Source: Syntrophales bacterium
Lineage (GTDB): Bacteria; Desulfobacterota; Syntrophia; Syntrophales; UBA8958
DNA length: 64,000 nt
NCBI GenBank assembly: GCA_035358955.1
Contig: DAORXN010000003.1
Span: forward strand, 845 to 64,844
Reading direction: 5' to 3'
The position numbers and the translations under genes are program-made. This document shows positions 58,062 through 64,000 of this stretch, one piece after another. Below the pieces are notes generated by a model that saw only the letters and a program-made list of their open reading frames with translations, had not been told where the DNA came from and made no database searches. Each line of letters opens with the position of its first letter. Within the stretch, counting starts at the first letter, position 1.

Positions 58062-58916
58062 ATGGCAGGCATCTGGGTGGGCGCCGACGAACTTTTAAGC
58101 GTGGGGAAAGAAATAGCAGGGGCAAGAAGGGAACCCCTTATCCGGCTAGTCTGGACGCAAGAGGGAGCCCTCCCCTCCCAAAATCTTCCTGCCCTCGTCC
58201 AGCTGGCACAGGAGGAGGGGCCATCGGTCATCCTTTTTCCTTCCACTGTAAATATGAACGAAATGGCGGCGCGGCTGGCCTATGCCCTCAATTGCCCTTT
58301 TATCAGCGGGTGTATCAAGGTGGGCTATGTGGTGGAGGAGGACTGCCTCGAGGTGGAGCGCTTGCTTTACGGAGGGGCGGCTGTTCAGGTGGTGCGCAAC
58401 GAATCCTGGCCGGTGATTCTATCCGTTTCGGGAGGAGAGAAGGTGGAGGTAGAGGGGGTAAAGATAAAGGAGGTCATCCCCGCCCTGGAGGAAAGGGAGA
58501 GGTTGCTGGAAAGGAGAGAGAAGGCACATACCGGCCGCTCCATTACCGAGGCGAAGGTCGTTGTTTCCGTGGGCAGGGGACTAAAGAGCCGGGAAGATTT
58601 GAGCCTGATCAAGGACCTGGCCGTGGCGGTGGGGGGCGAAATAGGTTGCACCCGCCCCCTTGCTTCGGAGCTAAACTGGCTTCCCGAAAGCGCCTGTATA
58701 GGGCTTTCGGGCGTTCAGGTGAACCCGGATGTGTATATCGCCCTGGGCATTTCCGGTCAGATTCAACATGTCGTCGGGATGAGGGGCGCCCGGGTGGTGG
58801 TGGCCGTCAACAAAGACGAAAAGGCCCCCATCTTTGGCGTGGCCGATTTCGGCATCGTGGGAGACCTTTACAGTTTCATCCCCCTTTTCCTGATGGCCTT
58901 GAATGAGAAGAGGTGA
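58062..58916 (+). CDS. etfA: electron transfer flavoprotein alpha subunit, FixB/YdiR type (short, 284 aa)
   Basis: C-terminal FAD domain ...VVSVGRGL...YIALGISGQIQHVVGM...VVAVNKDEKAPIF... Confidence 0.8.
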   Translation: MAGIWVGADELLSVGKEIAGARREPLIRLVWTQEGALPSQNLPALVQLAQEEGPSVILFPSTVNMNEMAARLAYALNCPFISGCIKVGYVVEEDCLEVERLLYGGAAVQVVRNESWPVILSVSGGEKVEVEGVKIKEVIPALEERERLLERREKAHTGRSITEAKVVVSVGRGLKSREDLSLIKDLAVAVGGEIGCTRPLASELNWLPESACIGLSGVQVNPDVYIALGISGQIQHVVGMRGARVVVAVNKDEKAPIFGVADFGIVGDLYSFIPLFLMALNEKR

Positions 58917-59721
58917 CGGTTCTGAATCCCTCGTCGAGGATTTGTTCTACCTCCCTGTCCCGAATACGGTAGGTCCGTGCCCCGAGGACGACGGCGATGA
59001 GCCTCGTGTTGCCCCTTTTTGCCGTGGCACTGATGTTGTATCCGGACTCGCAGATGAAACCCGTTTTTATCCCGTCCGCACCCGGATAATGGCCGAGCAG
59101 GTGGTTCCTGTTGCGCAGGATTCTCCCCCGATAGGTAAAGTGAGATTGGGAATGAAGGGCGAGCGAGGCGGGGAATCTGCTCACGTAGGCTTTGGAGAGG
59201 ATCATGATGTCTCTGGCCGTCGTTACCTGCCCCGGTTCCGGCAAGCCATGGGGATTTTTGAATACGGTATTCTTCATGCCGAGCTCGCGGGCCTTTCTGT
59301 TCATCATGCCGACAAATGTTTCAACGTCTCCCCCGATGTGCTCGGCTATTGCCCAGGCGGCGTCGTTGGCCGAGGCGATCGCCGTGCCCAGGGCGAGATC
59401 GCTCAGGGTCACGCGTAAATTAGGCCTAAGGAACATGCGGGTGCCGCCTAAGCGGCAAGCGCGTGGGCTCACGACAACTTCATCGGACCAGTGCACCTTG
59501 CCCGCCTCTACCGCTTCGTAGGTGAGATAGAGGGTCATGATCTTCGTAATGGAGGCCGGGGCGATGGGTAAATCGGGATGGTGGGCATAGATGATGCGAC
59601 CCGTTTGCATGTCCACGCAAATGGCGGCGCGTGATTTTTGCCCATTTAAAGCAAAGGCCTCAGACGGACATGTAAGAAGCCCGACCAGGAGAAAGGTGAG
59701 GAACGTTTTTTGCCAGCTCAT
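58876..59721 (-). CDS. serine-type D-Ala-D-Ala carboxypeptidase (S11, PBP5/6-like)
   Basis: Signal peptide, SITK (SxxK), SAND (SxN) and KTGF (KTG) motifs. Confidence 0.85.
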   Translation of the reverse strand: MSWQKTFLTFLLVGLLTCPSEAFALNGQKSRAAICVDMQTGRIIYAHHPDLPIAPASITKIMTLYLTYEAVEAGKVHWSDEVVVSPRACRLGGTRMFLRPNLRVTLSDLALGTAIASANDAAWAIAEHIGGDVETFVGMMNRKARELGMKNTVFKNPHGLPEPGQVTTARDIMILSKAYVSRFPASLALHSQSHFTYRGRILRNRNHLLGHYPGADGIKTGFICESGYNISATAKRGNTRLIAVVLGARTYRIRDREVEQILDEGFRTVTSSHSRPSGKGG

Positions 59722-59727
59722 GGTTTT

Positions 59728-60339
59728 TTATTTCGACTTTAAGTATTCTCTTGCCAGAGTGGTATTGACGTGGAGGACCCCTTTATTGAGGGACTTTAGT
59801 GGATAGTCTTCCGTGATCATAGGGAGCCTGTCCGCCGCTTCCTGGTTGGTGACGACGGACCCGGCCGGTACGTATCGTCGGGCGGCGACCCTGACCCCTA
59901 CCAAGATGCAGCCCGGTTCCACCACGCAGTTTTCCTCTACGATGGAGCGAAAAACGAGGGATTTCATCCCGATGAAGGTTCCGTCCAGGACGGCCGCCGG
60001 TCCGTGGATTTGGGCTTGGTGGGCACAAGAGACGTTCTTTCCCACGTACACGGCGTATTTTTCCCCGTCTATGGTGATTAAGTTTTGTTCGATGGGGTTA
60101 CCCTCCTTTTCCGTCTCCAAGGCATGAATGACGACGCCATCCTGGATGTTGGAATTGTCTCCCACGAAGATGGGATGCCCCTCATCACCTCGCACGGCGG
60201 CAAAGGGGGCGACCATGATGTTCTTCCCTAAGATGACGTGCCCGATTACGGCAGCGAGGGGATGGACATACGTAGAAGGGTCGATGACGGGTTCGTAAAC
60301 GGCAGAGACGAAGTCTGTTTTTACGTTTTTTTCGATCAT
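59728..60339 (-). CDS. gamma-class carbonic anhydrase, Cam type
   Basis: Left-handed beta-helix repeats. QDGVVIHALETEKEG and CAHQAQIHGPA retain the three Cam His ligands and the acidic residues. Confidence 0.75.
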   Translation of the reverse strand: MIEKNVKTDFVSAVYEPVIDPSTYVHPLAAVIGHVILGKNIMVAPFAAVRGDEGHPIFVGDNSNIQDGVVIHALETEKEGNPIEQNLITIDGEKYAVYVGKNVSCAHQAQIHGPAAVLDGTFIGMKSLVFRSIVEENCVVEPGCILVGVRVAARRYVPAGSVVTNQEAADRLPMITEDYPLKSLNKGVLHVNTTLAREYLKSK

Positions 60340-60971
60340 GGGGAAATTCTCCTTTTTAGGTGTATTTCTCTTTGCCGCTGGGTAAGTTCATCCCAGAGGG
60401 TATCCACCCGACTTTTCGTTTCCTCGAGGGGTAGGCTGTTATCGAAAACCATGTCCGCGAGGGGAATCTTTTCTTCGATGGGCATCTGGTTGGCGATGCG
60501 GAGCCTAGCCTCTTCTTCGGTAAATCCATTTCGCTCCATAAGCCTCTTTACCTGTATGTCCGGTGGCGTGTACACGACAATGGTGAAGTCGAATAGATCC
60601 TTTAGCCCGGCCTCGAAGAGCAGCGGGACGTCGCCCAAGACGATCGCGTTTTTGTCCCTAACTTCGATCTCCCTTAGGCGTTTCTTCCATTCCTCGATGA
60701 CGGCGGGGTGCACGATCCGGTTGAGCAATTTTAGCTTATCCGGGTTCGTAAACACGATCTCGGCCAGCTTACGGCGATTGATGGCCCCGCCCGCTTCAAG
60801 GATAGAGGAGCCGAAGTTTTTTACAATTTCCGACCAGACCGAAGAACCCTTTTTTTCCACTTCATGGGCCAGTTGGTCGAAATCGATGTGATAGGCCCCT
60901 TTTTCAACGAGGAGACGGGTAACGGTCGTCTTTCCCGAAGCAATGCCCCCCGTGAGGCCCACCTTCAGCAT
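60336..60971 (-). CDS. coaE: dephospho-CoA kinase
   Basis: [17 protein letters not shown]-loop. Start at ATG 60971 overlaps the coaX end. Confidence 0.88.
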   Translation of the reverse strand: MLKVGLTGGIASGKTTVTRLLVEKGAYHIDFDQLAHEVEKKGSSVWSEIVKNFGSSILEAGGAINRRKLAEIVFTNPDKLKLLNRIVHPAVIEEWKKRLREIEVRDKNAIVLGDVPLLFEAGLKDLFDFTIVVYTPPDIQVKRLMERNGFTEEEARLRIANQMPIEEKIPLADMVFDNSLPLEETKSRVDTLWDELTQRQREIHLKRRISP

Positions 60972-61744
60972 CGGGCCTCCGAACGATTGCGCTGGTATAT
61001 AAGGTAAAGCCCTTTCAAAGTGAGCATGTCGTCTATTTCTTCTATCGACTTCGTTTCGGGGGCAACAACCCGGGCCAGTCCACCGGTTGCAATGACCTTC
61101 GGGTTGCCCTTCACCTCCGTTTTTATGCGCTCCACGATACCGTCCACCAGCCCGGCGTAGCCGTAGATGATGCCGGCTTGCATACTGCTTACCGTATCCT
61201 TTGCTACCACCACCTTCGGTTTTACGAGTTCCACCCGTGGAAGTTTGGCGGCGCGCTCGAAGAGGGCCTCGCTGGAAATCATGAGCCCCGGCGCAATGCA
61301 TCCTCCCATGTATTCCCCGCGGGGGGAAATGTAGTCGAAGGTCGTGGCGGTGCCGAAATCAACCACAATCAGATCGCGCCGGTATTTCTCGTATGCAGCC
61401 ACGGCGTTTACGATTCTATCTGCCCCTACTTCCCGTGGGTTGTCATAGAAAATCGGCATGCCCGTTTTAATCCCCGGCCCCACGATGAGGGGCTTTAAGT
61501 GAAAGTACTTTTCGCACAGGGGCTCGAGGATGTTGAGCATGGGGGGGACGACGCAGGAGATGATGATGTCCGTGATGTGTTGGGAATTGATTTGGCTGGA
61601 TTTGTAGAGCATGTAAATGAGCATTCCATATTCGTCCACCGTATGATCCGTGACCGTACGAATACGCCAGTCATGGACGAGTTTGTCCCCGTCAAAGATA
61701 CCGAGAACCGTGTTGGTATTGCCTACATCAATGACAAGTAGCAT
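60965..61744 (-). CDS. coaX: type III pantothenate kinase
   Basis: [17 protein letters not shown]... is canonical CoaX. ATG 61744 follows a GAGGGG Shine-Dalgarno. Confidence 0.88.
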   Translation of the reverse strand: MLLVIDVGNTNTVLGIFDGDKLVHDWRIRTVTDHTVDEYGMLIYMLYKSSQINSQHITDIIISCVVPPMLNILEPLCEKYFHLKPLIVGPGIKTGMPIFYDNPREVGADRIVNAVAAYEKYRRDLIVVDFGTATTFDYISPRGEYMGGCIAPGLMISSEALFERAAKLPRVELVKPKVVVAKDTVSSMQAGIIYGYAGLVDGIVERIKTEVKGNPKVIATGGLARVVAPETKSIEEIDDMLTLKGLYLIYQRNRSEARC

Positions 61745-61752
61745 GTTGCCCC

Positions 61753-62496
61753 TCAATTCTTAACCAATTCAATATCACCGGCCATAATCCGGTGTATCTG
61801 ACCCCTTTCGTCCCTTACCAGCAAGGCCCCCTGCTCGTCTATCTCTACGACCACTCCCTCCCAAACCTCCTGCCGAAAAGTGACGCGGACGCGCTTCCCC
61901 TCCATGGGGGAGAAAGCCAAGAAGGCATCCCTTATCCCCTCGAAGCCCTGCCTAAGGAAGGTTTCATACCATTTATCCCACGCCAAGAAAAGCTCGTTGA
62001 GCAGGTGGAGGCGGCAGAAGTTTTTTTTCGCCTCGATCAGGAAAGAAGTGGCTGTTTCCTGTAATTCCTTAGGAAAATCGTGTATTTCCATGTTTACGTT
62101 GATGCCGATACCGACGATGATAAACTCCACGCCTTCTGCCGAGGCTTTTGCTTCCGTAAGGATACCGGAAATTTTTCGCCCCCCCACCTGGACATCGTTC
62201 GGCCATTTGATTTGAACCCGGCCCGGACAATGTCGAGCGATCACCTCGGCCACGGCTATACCTGCCACCAGGGTAAGTTGCGGGGCAGTGGTGATAGGTA
62301 GGGAGGGCCGTAGGATGAGGGATACGTAGAGGTTTTTGCCGGGTGGGGAGTGCCACGATCGCTCCAGGCGCCCTCGCCCGCGCGATTGGGCCTCGGCCAT
62401 TACCACTTCCCCTTCTGGGGCCCCCGCCAGGGCGAGTTCATAGGCCGTCGTATTGGTTGAGGGGAGTTCGTCGTAAAAGTGCAGGCGCTTTAACAT
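61753..62496 (-). CDS. birA: biotin-[acetyl-CoA-carboxylase] ligase (group I, no HTH domain)
   Basis: [20 protein letters not shown] motif; 247 aa. Confidence 0.88.
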   Translation of the reverse strand: MLKRLHFYDELPSTNTTAYELALAGAPEGEVVMAEAQSRGRGRLERSWHSPPGKNLYVSLILRPSLPITTAPQLTLVAGIAVAEVIARHCPGRVQIKWPNDVQVGGRKISGILTEAKASAEGVEFIIVGIGINVNMEIHDFPKELQETATSFLIEAKKNFCRLHLLNELFLAWDKWYETFLRQGFEGIRDAFLAFSPMEGKRVRVTFRQEVWEGVVVEIDEQGALLVRDERGQIHRIMAGDIELVKN

Positions 62497-63335
62497 GGTG
62501 GCGTTTTGATTTTAAGGGAGATGTCTGCCGCCCGAACGGAATGGGTAAGGCATCCGGCCGAGATGAAATCCACTCCCGTTTCGGCCACTTCTCGCACACG
62601 CTCGAGGGTGATGTTTCCCGAGGCCTCCAGTTTTACCCGGCCCGCGGTCAGCTTTACGGCTATGATCATTTCTTCGGTGGGCATGTTGTCCAGCATGACG
62701 ATGTCGGCTCCCGCCTCGATGGCCAGGGATAATTCATCTAAGTTCTTCGCTTCAACTTCCACCTTCATGCCCAGCGGGGCCTGAAGGCGGGCCCGGGTAA
62801 CGGCTTCTTTAATGCCCCCCGCGGCGGCGAGGTGGTTATCCTTGATGAGAATGCCGTCGAAGAGGGCGAAGCGATGATTGTAACCGCCGCCCATGCGAAC
62901 GGCATACTTATCGAAGGCCCGCAAACCGGGCGCCGTTTTTCGCGTATCGAGGATGCGGGCGCGGGTACCTGCCACGGCTTGGACGAAAGACTTCGTCAAG
63001 CTGGCAATGCCGCTCATCCGCTGGAGAAAGTTGAGGGCCGTTCTTTCTCCCGCGAGAATAGGGGCAAGTGGCCCGGAAACTTCTGCGATGACCGTGCCGG
63101 GGAAAACGGTTTCTCCGTCTTTATAAAGAAAATTAACGTTTATGCCGGGATGAAGGGTAATAAAGACCTCTCGAAAGACGTAAAGTCCCGCCAAAGTTAC
63201 CTCTTCTTTGGCCAGGGCTTGGGCAGATCCTTCTTCATGACCCTTGAGCACCGCCTGGGTGGTTAGATCTCCGGGACCGAGGTCTTCGGCCAGGGCCCGC
63301 CTGATTGCCTCCCTTATTTCGGGGGTAATAATCAT
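62490..63335 (-). CDS. nadC: nicotinate-nucleotide pyrophosphorylase (carboxylating)
   Basis: 281 aa. ...ERTALNFLQRMSGIA...RKTAPGLR... Confidence 0.9.
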   Translation of the reverse strand: MIITPEIREAIRRALAEDLGPGDLTTQAVLKGHEEGSAQALAKEEVTLAGLYVFREVFITLHPGINVNFLYKDGETVFPGTVIAEVSGPLAPILAGERTALNFLQRMSGIASLTKSFVQAVAGTRARILDTRKTAPGLRAFDKYAVRMGGGYNHRFALFDGILIKDNHLAAAGGIKEAVTRARLQAPLGMKVEVEAKNLDELSLAIEAGADIVMLDNMPTEEMIIAVKLTAGRVKLEASGNITLERVREVAETGVDFISAGCLTHSVRAADISLKIKTPPC

Positions 63336-64000
63336 CCCGGGATGAGTTCCTCCACCTTTTTCAGCGCTGCCTCGATGAGGGATTGGCGGTGAGAGAGTCT
63401 CTCCTGTTTTTCCCTTTCCTGAGATACCACCTCTGGTGAGGCCTTGGCATGAAACTGAGGGTTGGACAGTTTGTTCGTGACGATGGCCAAATCTTTTTTG
63501 ATTTTGACCAGTTCTTTCTCGAGGCGTGCCTTTTCTGCCAGGGGATCGATGGCCCCCTCGAGGAGGACGAATATTTTTATGTTTCCCGCCACGGTCGTCG
63601 CGGCCCCGCGCGGTTCGGTCTCATCGGCGGTGATGGTAAGGGAGGTAAGGTTGGCGAGATTGGTAATATAGTCCATGCCCCGCGTAATGATTTCTTTTTC
63701 CGCGGCAGGCGGGTTGGGGATGAGGACCGAGAGTTTTTTGGAAGGGGCGATGCCCATTTCTCCCCGCACGTTCCTTATCCGGGTGATCACCTCCATAAGT
63801 AAGCCCATCTCGGCTTCCGCTTGCCCGTCCTCGGGAAAGTTTTTCGCCTCGGGATAAGGGGTGATCATCACAGAAGATGTATCGCCCACGAGTCTCTGCC
63901 AGATTTCTTCCGTTACGAAGGGCATGAAGGGGTGAAGGAGTTCGAGGGATGCCTTCATGACCTGATACAACGTCTGTTGGGCCGCACGCCGATGGGTGGC
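63332..64000 (-). CDS. valS: valyl-tRNA synthetase, C-terminal part (5' end outside window)
   Basis: ...LELLHPFMPFVTEEIWQ... plus the C-terminal coiled coil. The frame is open to the window edge. Confidence 0.88.
   Translation of the reverse strand, partial: ATHRRAAQQTLYQVMKASLELLHPFMPFVTEEIWQRLVGDTSSVMITPYPEAKNFPEDGQAEAEMGLLMEVITRIRNVRGEMGIAPSKKLSVLIPNPPAAEKEIITRGMDYITNLANLTSLTITADETEPRGAATTVAGNIKIFVLLEGAIDPLAEKARLEKELVKIKKDLAIVTNKLSNPQFHAKASPEVVSQEREKQERLSHRQSLIEAALKKVEELIPG

Overview
This is a gene-dense chromosomal window with about 60 protein genes on both strands. I found no rRNA, tRNA, CRISPR array, transposase or integrase. The organism looks like a Gram-negative, probably anaerobic bacterium: it has LspA, a type IV pilin, an outer-membrane beta-barrel, HydE, a Fix-type Etf cluster and a Cam-type carbonic anhydrase. 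I cannot name the taxon by eye. Most of the window is housekeeping: groES-groEL, ileS-lspA, a valS 3' end, nadA/nadC/nadE, coaE-coaX-birA, pcm-nlpD, hisC, a liv-type ABC transporter, pit/DUF47, and thiolase plus fixCX-acd-etfBA. Five things stand out. (1) At 33.3-41.4 kb, a TPR plus roughly 14-strand beta-barrel outer-membrane gene with a Slam/type XI secretion-like layout sits 31 nt upstream of a 2,177-aa secreted giant protein. The giant protein has an N-terminal FecR domain and repeated Gly/aromatic modules. This is my best candidate for an undescribed system. (2) The gpmI gene encodes a circularly permuted cofactor-independent phosphoglycerate mutase. (3) At 0.2-8.1 kb, four GT-C-type membrane glycosyltransferase genes lie next to a Cys-less, Ser/Thr-rich type IV pilin gene. 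One TPR-glycosyltransferase lies directly downstream of pilA, as in tfpO/tfpW loci. (4) Two envelope TPR genes each carry a single in-frame TAG (1181-1183 and 33661-33663) in otherwise intact reading frames. (5) Smaller oddities are a Cys-less PTPS/QueD homolog coupled to folE2, a eukaryote-type hexokinase and an orphan hydE. All calls rest on reading the translations and DNA by eye. No database search was run.
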